A stretch of 64,000 nt of DNA from the human T2T-CHM13v2.0 reference genome, Homo sapiens. Position 1 is the first letter of the stretch, and the number at the start of each line of letters is the position of its first letter. Shown piece by piece: positions 33,291 through 47,050 of the stretch. Location of the stretch: NCBI RefSeq assembly GCF_009914755.1, contig NC_060944.1, one strand, 5' to 3'. The position numbers and the translations under genes were made by a program. The notes under the pieces were generated by a model that worked only from the letters and a program-made list of their open reading frames with translations, was not told the DNA's origin and made no database searches.

Positions 33291-34056
33291 GCAACTGGTT
33301 CCATGTAAATGCCTTCCCACTGTGCTCTTACAGTTAACACAAACCCCTCCTCCTCATGGCCTGCTTCACTCTCACTAGTCTTTCATTTCATTGTCTCTCT
33401 CCTGATACCTCTGGCATGCTTTGATTACTTCTCTCTCACCAAGCTCCTGAACAGCTAGAATACTTCTTTCTGCTAAGAATGGTCATCGCTTCTTTCCTGG
33501 CCCAGCTAGCTAATACCTTGTTAGGGAAACCATCTCCAACTCCTCATGACCAGGTTCAATCTTCCCACCAAATGCTCCCATAGCATCACCCCATTCTCCT
33601 TTGCAGCCTTATCACTATTGCAATTTTCCATTTATTTTGTATGATTTTTAAAATAGTATTTGTCCTCCTCTGGAAACTATAACCTTCATGAAAAAAGGAC
33701 AGTGTTTGACACATGTTTGTTGAAAGTATAAATCCGTTTTTAAAAAATATGCACAAAATACATACACACCATCGCCAGGTCAATCTAATTTCCTTAGGCC
33801 TTACCCATATGATATTTTATTGATAGTAAAATAGCTACCAGTTATTTTTGCTAGTTTTATGCCATGTACCCTGATAGTTTATTTTACACCCTATTTGTAA
33901 GCATTACAATTACTCCACCAAGTGGATGTTAATGTCCCATTTTACAGATAAGGCAATGAAAACCTAGAGAGGTTAAGTAATTCACCCAACCACACCAAGC
34001 CAGACCTTTGCTGAGCCATGATTATCCTTTATCCTTTTAATCATCCTATAAGACAG

Positions 34057-34604
34057 TGTCAGAGGTGTTTGAACCAGAGCAACTCCATCTTGAATAGGGG
34101 CTGGGTGAAATGAGACTGAGACCTACTGGGCTGCATTGCCAGAGAGTAAAGCGTTCTAAGTCACAGGATGAAATACAAGATCAGCACAAGATACAGGTCA
34201 TAAAGACCTTGCTGATAAAACAGTTTGCAGTGAAGAAGCTGGCTAAAATTCAACAAAACCCAGATGGTGACAGGAGCGCCCTCTGGTCATCTGTGCTGCT
34301 ACACTCCCATCAGTGCCATGACAGTTTACAAATGTCATGGCAACGTCAGGAACTTGCCCTATATGGTCAGAAAAGGGGAGGCACGAATAATCCACCCTGT
34401 GTTTAGCATACCATCAAGAAATAACCATAAAAATGGGCAACCAGCAGCCCTTGGGACTCCTCTATGGATAGCCCTTCTTTTATTCCTTTACTTTCCTAGT
34501 AAACTTGTTTTCACTTTACTTCATGGACTCTCCCTGAATTTTTTCTTGTGCGAGATCCAAGAACCCTCTCTTGGGGTCTGGATTGGGGCCCCTTTCCAGT
34601 AAAA
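34057..34604 (+). mobile_element. MER41A solo LTR (ERV1)
   Basis: tgtcagaggtgtttgaaccagagcaactccatcttgaatagggg start, ggggtctggattggggcccctttccagtaa end, ~550 bp; 4-bp TSD acag/atag. Confidence 0.9.
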
Positions 34605-34631
34605 ATAGTGTTTTGGTTCTCATTTTAGATA

Positions 34632-34742
34632 TAGGGTGACCAATCATCCCATTCTGCTGTGACTGAGGTGATTCCAGAACATGCCACTTCAGTGCTCCAA
34701 CTGGGAAAGACCTGGGCAAACTGAGACAAGTTGGTCACTCTA
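34632..34742. mobile_element. MER81 hAT-Blackjack MITE inserted in a MIR
   Basis: TIRs tagggtgaccaa...ttggtcactcta. Confidence 0.82.
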
Positions 34743-34764
34743 TTCACAGATGAGACTCGAGGAC

Positions 34765-34802
34765 ACTCACTAATTACTCATGTACATGAGTAATTAGTGA
34801 GT
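34765..34802. repeat. Perfect 38-bp palindrome
   Basis: ACTCACTAATTACTCATGT|ACATGAGTAATTAGTGAGT. Confidence 0.97.
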
Positions 34803-36113
34803 AATTAGGGTGCTATCCCACATATTTCAATTCCTAAAGCCCACAGCCTCTACTATGTCACACCATGATGGCTAAGTGTTAGCTTGTAATAAAAATGGGT
34901 ACTCCAAAGCTTAACCTCCTGACCACCATCCTAATTAGACATTTACTCTTTTGTTTCAAAGAGAACTACAACTAGAAAAGTTTCCCAATTTTTCACTTTG
35001 GAATCAAAAGGACTTCAACTTTTTTTGGTCAAGATTATACTCTTTTGTGTGATTCTGAACCCCTCTTCTTCATGGCCAATGGCATGACATTCTACTGTGT
35101 TCTCAAAAGGTACCAAATACTAAAAATACAGATTTGTCACCATAAATTATCAAGCTCAACTCTAATTAATCAAAAGCGTGGTACCCGGTCACCTTTAACT
35201 GTTTCTTCTGCATCTTGATATGATATAAAATGACTCTGGAGCAAATTCACTTATGATAATTAACTAATCTGTTTATTTGGTTTCAATTTTATCTCAACTA
35301 TAATGAACCCACTACATGCCTTAGCCCAAATAGCAACAGCAGTATTAATGAGAGGATAATTCCTGCAATTTGGGGAAGATTGTGCAAACAAGTTGGAATG
35401 CCTGCTAAATCTCTGATAATGTTCAAACACACTTCATCAGACTTATCAGAACAGTAAATCAAGCTACCACTTAAAAAAACAGCTGTACTCATTGGAATAT
35501 TCATTCACTTTGAAGAAGAACATTCAGTGAAATGGCTTTTAATCCTTCTAGGACACTCTAACCTCAGGGGTTCTGGGCAAGTGATGTCTTTATTATGCTT
35601 CTATGAGATCACTGAGCTTCCCAATTGAATCTGAAATGCATTTACTGCAAGAGGCCTGTCTGAAGATCAAATGCCAGGTAATGTCTTTGACCAAGAACAA
35701 TTAGCAAAGTTCGTTCTTCCTTACCTCTTTTACCGAGGAGAATCATTGGTTTGCATTAAGGAATATGTTCAGTCTTTATTAAAATCATTTGGGCACCTCA
35801 GGGAAGAAAATTCTATGTGCTTAGAATCTCACAAAAATGAATGACCTGAGCAGGTAGAGTTCATGACGAGAAACCAGACCCAAACAACATTTTCATGAGC
35901 AGATACATTAAGCAAGCTTATAAAGAATAATTACAGTGATTATAACAAAACTCATGTCTATTTATTAAACATTTAATAACATACAAAAAATAAAGCTTAT
36001 TATTATTATCAATCTCAAATGTAATTAAGGCAGGAGGTTACTTGCATATTCTTATTCAATCTTCAAATCAAAAGAGATCAGTACTATCGTTATCCCCATA
36101 TAACAAACTAGAC

Positions 36114-36325
36114 CAGGGGTTAGCAAACCATAGCCCATGATCCAAAGCCTACCCCTTTTTAAAAAAAAAAAATAAAGCTTTATTGTAACACAGCCATGCC
36201 CATTCACTTATGTATTGTCTGTGACTGTTTTCCCAGTGGAATGCCAGAATTGAGTAGTTGAGCTAGAGACTGTCTGGCCTAAAATATTTATTACCCTGCC
36301 TTTTATAAAAGTTTGCCAACCCCTA
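36114..36325. mobile_element. MER58A-like hAT MITE
   Basis: TIRs caggggttagcaaac...gtttgccaacccct. Confidence 0.8.
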
Positions 36326-36463
36326 AATATGAGGCTTAAAAAAGAAAACATAAATTTCTAATTACAGATTAGTTTCAGTTCTACAAAGGAATAAAAAGAG
36401 ATACTATATGAATTTATTAAGACAACAGTAATACTATTTGCTTAATATAGAGTTCTGTGTTTT

Positions 36464-36962
36464 TGATGCAGGATTTTTTGCTTCGTAGCTTAGCTAGGTC
36501 CTGGTTCTTGTCTCATACCCAGGAAGAATTAGGCATGTAGACACTCAGAAAGTGAGTCAGGAAGGAAGTTTTATTGAGTGGTGAAGCAGCTTTCGGTAGA
36601 GAGGAGCCTCAAGGGTGGTCCCACTACCCGAAAGCAGGAGAGTTCCGAATATGGCTGAGCCCAGGGCTTTCTATGGGCTCAGAATAGGGAGTGTGTGCTA
36701 ATTGGTTTGTGAGTATGCAAAAAAGGTTAAAGTGAAGACATCAAAGGTGGGCACAATAGTGAAGTAAACCAATTAGGAAAAGGGAGATATACGTAAAATA
36801 AGTGAAGGATGGGGATCAATCAGAGGAAAGCATGCCAAATGGGAAGGTGGGTTTCAATTTGGTCTGAGGATTTACCCAGCACTGTTTTGGGCTTGAAGGT
36901 CAGGTTTCACCAGCGACCTGCCCCCATCTGCCTAGGCATTTGTCTGCCTCCTGCCCCTATCA
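36464..36962 (-). mobile_element. ERV1 solo LTR (LTR9/LTR27-like; subfamily uncertain)
   Basis: TG...CA termini, 4-bp tttt TSD, end gcttgaaggtcaggtttcacc...tgtctgcctcctgcccctatca. Confidence 0.75.
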
Positions 36963-38428
36963 TTTTTTTAAAGCCAGTGAGAGCATCCCCCGGAAAAGAG
37001 ACTCTAGGCTTTAAAGGAAGTTTCTTCTACTTTTCTCTCCCCATTGCATCAGGGAAGCTTCATCCACACAAATTTATCTGAACCCCCAGCATCCTTCCTA
37101 ACTTCTTGCCTTGCCATGCTTTCTTATCAAACTCTGGGGCTATGATTTGGTGATTTGCTTTCAGACTCTTACTTCCTCACTTGGCTTTTCCAATTTGGCA
37201 AATTTTCTGCTATTGACTCAGTATCACATCTCAGCAGGACCCTGACTCCAGTTTCAGTCTATGCCTAGGTTTTGGCCACCAGCTTAAAAACATTCTCATT
37301 CCTAACTTCAACCTGCCCTTGGCTTCTCTCTCACTATCTTGGTGCTGACAGCTCAGATGGTCACCACCATATCATGAGGGTCAACATCAAACATCAATGA
37401 CACAGATGCATTTTAAGGTATATTTTTTAAAAGGCAGTTTAAATTTTACGAGTAATGCATGAGTTTCTTCTACTTGTAAAGTTCAAATATTGCAGATGAC
37501 GCTAAATCCCTTAAGCCACCATTCCCTGACCATCCCACAATAAGAAGTCAGCACAAACACCCAACAGATTGACAAAAAAAAATTAAAGTTTGAAATACAA
37601 AGTGTTCATGAAACCATGGGCCTGCAGTTTCTCTCACAGACTCCTAATAAAACTGGGGGGCATTTTGACAATGTCGGTTAAAATTTAGAATTTACAAAAT
37701 CTATGTCCCAGCAAAACTATTACATGATATTTACCCTACAGTTATACTCAAAGATGAGGACAAAAAAGCAGACTCATAAATGCACAGTGTGCAGTGGTTG
37801 TGATAGTAAAAATAAACAACTTTTATATAATTTTAAAATGTGGCAGGATTCATGGCATTTGCAACATGTAACTACAGATGTATAAACCATGTCACTGTAG
37901 ATTCTTATTTGCAAGGTTCTTCCTTTTCTTCATTCTTTTCACCAAATCATTTATATTCAATAGTAAGGTAAACACATTAAGTGAGCTAGGAGGGAGTTTT
38001 AGAGGAGTTCTTTCCTCTTCCCTTTGCCCCAAATAGCAATGAGCAGATAGGAAATAGAAAATAAGATTCTAAGAGAGTATGTTTTTTTAGAAAAGGAATA
38101 GGAGATATTAGTAGATCTGAAATCAAGGAGACAATTCTTGGTGAAGCTGCAGTGAGACAATATAAGTCAGAATGCCCAGAACCACTTTGGTACATCACAG
38201 ATAATCTGTAAAAATTTACCACATCTGGATCAATTCTGTTTTTTCTACCATCCATATTGTATTCTTGCTCTGAATATACAAACTCCATGCAAATATTATC
38301 TTCTTAATTAGCTTTAAGACTTACCTTTATTGCTAGCTTTGGCTATAAAGGACAGGACTTAAATGAGATCCACATCCATATAAAAGCTGTGTGACCACAT
38401 GCTATCTAATTTTGGGGGAGTTCCCTGG

Positions 38429-38706
38429 TGATATGGTTTGGCTCTGTGTCCCCACCCAAATCTCATCTCGAATTGTAATCCCCATGTGTTGAGGGAGGGA
38501 AGTGATTGGATTATGCGGGTGGTTCCCCCCTGCTGCTCTCATGATGGTGAGTGAGTCTCATGAGATCTGGTTGTTTGATAAGTGTCTGGCTTTTCCTCCT
38601 TCACTCTCTCTCACCTGCCACCAGGTCATATGTGCCTCTTACCCTTTTGCCATGATTGCCTTCTCAGGTAGTATTTTTTATAGCAGTGTGGAAATGGACT
38701 AATATA
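38429..38706 (+). mobile_element. THE1D/MSTA-type MaLR LTR with internal deletion
   Basis: tgatatggtttggctctgtgtccccacccaaatctcat start, atagcagtgtggaaatggactaatata end; 5-bp TSD cctgg/actgg. Confidence 0.88.
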
Positions 38707-38737
38707 ACTGGTGAACCTTTGATTCCAAATTTTCTAC

Positions 38738-38834
38738 ATGTTAATCTCTTGGTAACACCCTCACAGACACACCCAGGAACACTACTTTGCATTCCTCAAT
38801 CCAATCAAGTTGATACTCAGTATTAACCATCACA
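38738..38834 (-). mobile_element. MLT2A-type (ERVL) LTR 5' fragment
   Basis: atgttaatctc...caccctcacagacacacccaggaac...caatccaatcaagttgatactcagtattaaccatcaca. Confidence 0.82.
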
Positions 38835-38975
38835 TGGCCATTGGCTTTTGTGGCAATTTTCTATAACGTGGAATCATGTCATTTATGTGAATCTAAGTTA
38901 CAGCTAATCTGAGAATCTAATAGCCACATACCATCTGCCACCCCAGTACTTACCAAAATCTCATTATTTCTTTTG

Positions 38976-38985
38976 TACACACATG

Positions 38986-39026
<41 letters not shown>
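38976..39026. repeat. (CA)n microsatellite
   Basis: Directly visible. Confidence 0.9.
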
Positions 39027-40412
39027 CCCTACATAAAGGTTATGGAGGCCTCACATTTAAAAGAATGAAAATAAATCCTGAAAGCAAGAGGAATACTTCA
39101 GAATTCCCTGTTTATCTCCTCTTGTATCATAAAAGACTGCATGAAAACCTTGAATGCTCTTCTTGAAACAATTCAGGGGATTTTCAAGGCTAATTCTGAT
39201 GCCTCAGGATTTTTGCCATGTGTGCTTACTGGCTTCAGAACCCAGCCCTGTGTAAGGAGAAACCCATCATACCTGTCCTGAGAATGTGCTCCTTTGCTCC
39301 CTGAATCAGTTGCTCATGAGACTGTAGAGCCAGTGATAGCCGGTCTCCAGCAGCTACCACAGTGCCTGATGCTCAATAAGAACTTACTAAATGAAGGAAT
39401 TACTGCAGTAGGAATCAAAATGAATGCTTTGGCTTAAGAGCTAACATGCACAGATATAATAGATCAACCTAATGCCCATAGGTGAGTCAATAGCTGAATA
39501 AACTAAGACATGTTCATAGTTTAGAATGCTAGGTGGCTATTTAAGGAAACAGGAGGCACATAATAGGTCTATATAATAATAGACATGGAGAAATAATAAC
39601 TCAGAAGTACATAGGTATTATTACTGAGTGAAAAAATTTCAGGACAACATTAAATAGCATGATGCCGTGTATATAAACAAAAACTTTTTAATCTATATAA
39701 TTTCTACGGGTATGCATATCCACACACAGCTGATATCTAGAATTATATAATTAATAAAAGTTACCTTTAAGGAGCAGGAGAGTGGGTCAAAGGAGGTGGT
39801 AGCCTTATGTGTAATGTTTTATTTGTTATATGGGGAATTTATGTCTTCCTTATGCAATTAAAATAATTTTTTAAAGAGCGTTGAGTAGGTGATGATCACA
39901 TGGGCCTATCTTGTTCAGCTTTATTATCAGTAACCCTCCCATCAATAAGCAAAGGCAGAGCTGCCCCATAAAAAGCCCCTGTCTCTGTGCTCAGCCTTGT
40001 AGGACTGTCACCAAGCTCTTCCTCCTGGTCACTCATTCTTGTCAAGCCACTTGCTCCATTCTGACATCTCTCATTCCGATCACACTGGCTTATGCTAGCT
40101 TTCATCTCTCTCTCTGCCCACCCTGTGCCCACTCCCAGGATGCCAGAACCCAGCCGTTGTATAGCTCCTGGATGCCCCTAATCCAAGGACACTATGATTC
40201 TAACAAGATGATGAACAATGGTGAGATCAAAATGTGAGTGATTGGTGATTTGCTAAAATCTAAAAAGCACTGAATTTACTGACCAATTTTTAGATACTCA
40301 AAGGCAGAATTCAGTCTGATGAAAGCAGCCAAATCTGTGAGTTTACAATGTTCCTAAAATAAAATAATTATCATCATCCTCATCCTAACCATCAATCTTT
40401 GAGATATTATTA

Positions 40413-41377
<965 letters not shown>

Positions 41378-44299
41378 TGTACACTCAACACCTGAAACAT
41401 TTTTTACTTTTTTTTTAGTTGTATATCAACCTTTTGGAGTAGACACTATTATTCCGAATTCACAAAAGAAGGTAAAAGCTTGAAGAGATTACATGATTTG
41501 ACAAATATCACAGAGCTGGGAAATCATGGATCTGGAGTCACACCTGGGCCTGTGTGATTCTAGAGCCAGAGCCTTGAACTCCTGGTTTGCCACCTATCTG
41601 GATGTCTATAGTCTAAATGTAGGTACCCCGGTCTTCATATTACAGTATGACCACATAATCAAAATCAAGTGAAACCACCATATTGACCATCAGCAGAGTG
41701 CAGACTCTTTTGCATCAAACCCATCATTCGACCTTCAAAACTGCCAATCTTAGTGGAGTGGGAACAACTCTCATTGCATGGGACCAAACACTCTAGGTCA
41801 CAAAATTTTTCCTAAATAGAAGTTAAAACTCAATCAAATGTTATGACTTCACCTGACTCCACACCTGGGATGTCCTTCATACCCTGAAGGTCTCTTTAAG
41901 CAGAGTGACAAAGGAATCTCATTAAATGTGTGCACTATGGCCTGATGGCATGTTCTCATCATAAGCCCATAGGTGCCTTCTGATGTGTTGAGACTCTAAG
42001 TGTTTTTTAGCATGAAGGATTTTTCAAATAACAGACATAATTTGAGGAGGAAGGAAAGACTCAGATCACATTTGCTAAGATTTTTCTGAAAGGAAAAGTT
42101 AATACTGGCCTCATTTATATTCTCAATCCCTCCTAAACTTGTCATTTATAATTTTGATCCTTGTTGCCAAGATCATATGTCTCAGTCTACCTTGAATATT
42201 TTCTATCCTTTTTCAATATTAACCATCCGTATATGGTTCATATAAAGTTAAGCAATGATTTTTTACAAATAGGTATAGAGAACCCACTATGTGCAAGGTA
42301 CTAGGCATGTTGTTGTGAAGAGCTCATGTTAAAAAAAAAAAAAAGACAGACCCCATGATTATGCTCAAGCAAAAAAAGATCACATGAAACAGGCATGTGT
42401 TGGCTGGTGACAAGTTCTCAAAGAGTGATGGATGACATGTTTATGGGGAGGGGGGCATTTTTGTTGGGGGTCATCTCTTTAGAGTAAGTATCTGGGCTCA
42501 GAAGACAAGCATGGGTTCCAATCCCAGCTCAGTCACTCACTGGGTCTTGTGTGATCTTATATGAAATACCCATCTTCTCTGATTGTCAGCTTTCTTCTTG
42601 ACTAGAGACAACAAACTCTATTTCAGTGCACTGTTTTAAGTTAAATAAGCTAAGCAGAGAAAAGGATATTATCAGCATCATCACACATGAAAATAGGTTG
42701 TATTAAAACAGGGAGAGGCTCCCATATATAAACAATGATACGTTATACCCTTTTAGGAATAAAACTTCCAAAGTCTACTGAGCCATTTCCTAGGTATTTT
42801 CATGCATTATGCCGCTTAATCTTTACAACAGCCCTGTGAGGCCATTTCCGTTAGCCTGCACATGTTATAAATAGGGAAACCAAGTCACAGGGAGGTTAAC
42901 TGGCATGTTCAAGGTCACAGATTCAGTCACTGACAAAGCAGGATTTAAAATCCATATACCTTCACTTCAGAGCCTTTGCTTTTACCCATCACCTGTTTAC
43001 ATCCTTCCAGCTCTAGGAAGAAGCATAAGCTAAGGCAAACAAACAAACAAACAAACAAACAACCCTGGAAGGGTGCTCAGGACAGCAGCTGGATGCTCAA
43101 AGACAGAAAGTGGACCAGACAGAGGAGGTGGTTTGAAAGCTACATTGAGGAAGAATAAAAAATTAAACGAAGGTATTCGGGTATTGTTTATTGGCAAGGT
43201 AGAGCCACTGAGGGTTTACGAGTCAGGTGGTGCTATAAGTTCTGTGCTTCAAGAAGATTAATCTGGTACAATGGATCAGAGAGGAGAGAAAGAAAGACCA
43301 TTTTGAAGTTGTCTATTAAAATAGCTCAAGCATGACATGATAAGGGCTTAAACTTGGCTAGTAGAAAAAAAGAAAGTATGAGTTTGAAATTGCTTAAAAA
43401 GAACACCTCTCTTCCCCATTTTGTCAGTTCAGTCTTTAGATTATAAGTCTGTATTTTTCCTGCAACAGTAAGCAACACTCTTCTTTTTCCTCTTTCAGAA
43501 TTTGTTCCATTTTAAATCCTATCCACTGTATTTAAACTTTGTTGTGTTTAGCATTAAGCTGCAGTGCGGTTGTATATTATGATGCCTGAAAAAATACTCT
43601 CAACAACTCCAGAGCAGAAGTAAGTTAGTGATTCCGAGCAGGGAGCATTAAGGTTAATTACCTAATAATTTACTACAGTGAATGCATCTGTAGACATTTT
43701 GATTTTCACTAATTGTGGAGCTGAACAAAGTAAACAACACTTTGTTCATATTCCAGCTGTGAGGAATATGTCAAGGGAATCTTTCCTGTGATTTATAAGC
43801 CCATTGCTTTACCCTTGAGCACAAGGCCACTTGATGGGAAGTTGGAAAGACCAATGGTTTTGTGGACTCCATGGATTGGTTTAGTAAAGATTTCCCTTAA
43901 TAAGACTGCAAGCCGACCTGCCCTTGCTGCTTCGCTGAGTGTGCCATTCAGAGAAACTAGGCAGGAGCAATGCTAATGCAATTTGATGAGTCCTGGAGCT
44001 CTGGTTGTAGACATGCATCATAGTCTGTGCTTGCGGGAAGTCGGGGAAAAGGGGTAGGATGGGAATGCTGGGATAGTGTCAGAGTTAAAGTAAAATCATT
44101 ATGTGCAGTCACATCCAGACTCAAAGGCCAGCTCCTCCAATTACTAGCTTGGTAACCTCAAGCAAGCAAGTTGACCACTTAAAGTATACACTTTTTCATC
44201 TAACCAGGAACAACAGTACTGCTTTGTGGAATTATCATGAGAACTAAACCTGATACTAATTTATACGGGGCATCTGAGACTTTGGCCCACCCAAATGTC

Positions 44300-44828
44300 A
44301 CTATCACGTCCCTTTATTTTCCTCTACAATTTGCCTTTTCTGCTCTCAGATCAAGTGATTGGGATCAGAACTAACCCTCCATCCTGTGCGTCAAAGATGG
44401 GCATTTAACCTGGGCTTGGCTAATCAAAGCAATTCATCCCCTGGCCACAGTGATCAGTTTCAGGATGGATATATTACCCAAGCAAGGCCAATCAGGCTAA
44501 ATAAGGTCCAACTCAAGTTATTTTCTGCTACCTTCTGGAAAGAGAAAGATGCTCAGTTTAAAAAACTAAAAGATGAGGATGCCAGCTCAGAATAGCTGTA
44601 TCACCCCAAAAGGGGAGGACTTGATTAAGAAAGAAACCAAACAGAGGAATACAGACCAAAACCCTGAAGAGAGGACTATTGGGTCCTTATGATATTGTTT
44701 GAGATCCTGAATGCAGCCATGCCCAAAGGCAGAGATATCAAAACTCTTTGTTTTATGAGCCAATTAATTACCTATTATGCTTGTGATAGTTTACGTATGA
44801 CTTCTGGAACTTCCAGCTAAGAGTCCTA
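44300..44828 (+). mobile_element. MaLR LTR (MLT1K/L-like)
   Basis: catcccctggccacagtgatcagtttcaggatgg...attgtttgagatcctgaatgcagccatgcc. Confidence 0.6.
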
Positions 44829-44910
44829 GTACTTTAAAGCTTCAGTATAGTTTGCAATGCTTAGAAGGGACTTAATAAACACTCTTCTTCTTATTGTTGT
44901 TGTTATTAAA

Positions 44911-45221
<311 letters not shown>

Positions 45222-45993
45222 TCCAATACTCATCCCTATTCTCAAGCCATGTTTATTTTCCAAATGATTGGGAAAGGAGTTCCATTTACTAGTTTTTTAT
45301 GTGGCACCAAATAAAGCAAATGTTCTAGGTTTAGATCATCTCTTTAAAACTAACAAAAAAAGCCTAGAGATGTTTAAAGCACTAGCAATTCTGAGAGGAG
45401 GAGGAGGAGAAAAAGAAACAAATGACTGTGGCCTTTTGATCAGATGCCTGGGAATCTGGAAGGCATTCTGTCAAGGTTGTATGCTTAGCCATCACTGCCA
45501 CAGAGTTCAATTTCCATGAGTATACAGACTTTGTTCATTCATCCTATTCTGTACAGTATGAAGCTTTGCATATTTGCCACCTCTTGCCTTTCCAAAGCTC
45601 ATCATTGGATGCCTGCAGTAACTGGAGAGTTATGTGCCTTTTGACCAAGGTACTATTCAGAGTCCACTTCTCAGATGAGGAAGCTGAAGGTGTAAGAGAT
45701 TATGTGACATGATAGTCTCAAGACCCTTGGGGAAGAAAGAGCAGGAATCTGAAACCAAAATCCAAGGAGTTTGACTTCCAAGTGGTGCCTTCTCCATAAC
45801 TTAGAAGGTGATCACAGGAGCACATATGGGGGCAACATAGTGTAGTGAGTTGTTGCTGGCCACCTGGCCACAGGCACTGCCCAACGATATGCTCCCTATT
45901 TCCCCTTGAGACAACTATGCAGCCTTCCGGACCTTCTGGTCTCCATGTCTAAAACCAGCGTGATCACAGTTCCTGCCTCTCAAGAGACTGAAG

Positions 45994-46688
45994 TGAAACC
46001 GCCAAGCCAAGGGGTTCACCTTGCCCACTGCCTCGACAGAGCCGATTGATCAAGACAGGGGAACTGCAATAGAGAAAGAGTAATTCCCACAGAGCCGGCT
46101 GTGCAGGAGGCTGGAGTTTTGTTATCACTCAATTCAGTCTCCCCAAGCATTCGGGGAGCAGGGTTTTTAAGGATAACTTGGTAGATGGGGGGAAGCCAGT
46201 GAGCCAGGAGTGCTGATTGGCCAGGGATGAAATCACAGGGAGTTGAAGCTGTCTTCATGCACTGAGTCAGTTCCTGGGTGAGGGCCACAAGATCAGATGA
46301 GCCAGTTTATTGATCTGGGTGACGTCAGCTGATCCATCAAGTGCAGGGTCTGCAAAGTATCTCAAGCACTGATCTTAGGAGCAGTTTAGGGAGGGTCAGA
46401 ATCTTGTAGCCTCCAGCTGCATGACTCCTAAACCATAATTTCTAATCTTGTGGCTAATATTGGTCCTACAAAGGCAGTCTACTCCCCAGGCAAGAAGGAG
46501 GTCTGCTTTGGGAAAGGGCTGTTACTGTCTTTGTTTAAATTATACACTGTAAACTAAGTTTCTCCCAAAGTTGGTGCAGCCTACGCCCAGGAATGAACAA
46601 GGATAGCTTGGAGGTTAGAAGCAAGCTGGAGTCAGTTAAGTTAGATCTCTTTCACTGTCTCAGTCATAATTTTGCAAAGGCGGTTTCA
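45994..46688 (-). mobile_element. LTR8 solo LTR (ERV1) inserted in a MIR
   Basis: Reverse complement starts TGAAACCGCCTTTGCAAAATTATGACTGAGACAGTGAAAGAGATCTAAC; perfect 4-bp TSD gaag at 45990-45993 and 46689-46692. Confidence 0.92.
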
Positions 46689-46759
46689 GAAGGATTAACT
46701 GGTATGATGGATTCAAACACATCTAACACTAAATCCAAAACAAAGAAAGAGTCAGACGA

Positions 46760-47050
46760 AAGCTGAAGATTGCATCCTAAGTGAATTAACGCAGGAAAGG
46801 AAAACCAAGTACTACATGCTCTCACTTAACGTGGGAGCTAAACATTGAGCACAGATGGACATAAACACGGGAACAATAGACACTATGGACTACTAGATAG
46901 GGGGAGGGAGGGAGGGAGGTGGGCGTGGGTTGAAACTACCTATTGGGTACAATGCTTACTACCTGGGTACAATATACCCATGTAACAAACCTGCCCCTAT
47001 ATCCCCCGTATCCAGAATAAAAGTTGGAAATAAAAAAAAAAAGAAAGAAA
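46760..47050 (+). mobile_element. L1PA15/16-type 3' end
   Basis: gtgggagctaaacattgag...actacctattgggtac...cccatgtaacaaacctgc followed by A-tail. Confidence 0.82.

Noticed and set aside
43785-43830. tRNA-like 5' half on the minus strand (ggccttgtgctcaagggtaaagcaatgggcttataa)
   Set aside because: There is no B box or T arm and no match to a tRNA I recognise. tRNAscan-SE or a Dfam search would settle it.
46900-46929. G-quadruplex-like G-runs (also 6331-6353)
   Set aside because: They lie inside the G-rich 3' UTR of an L1 and inside an MLT1 LTR, so they are expected and not locus-specific.
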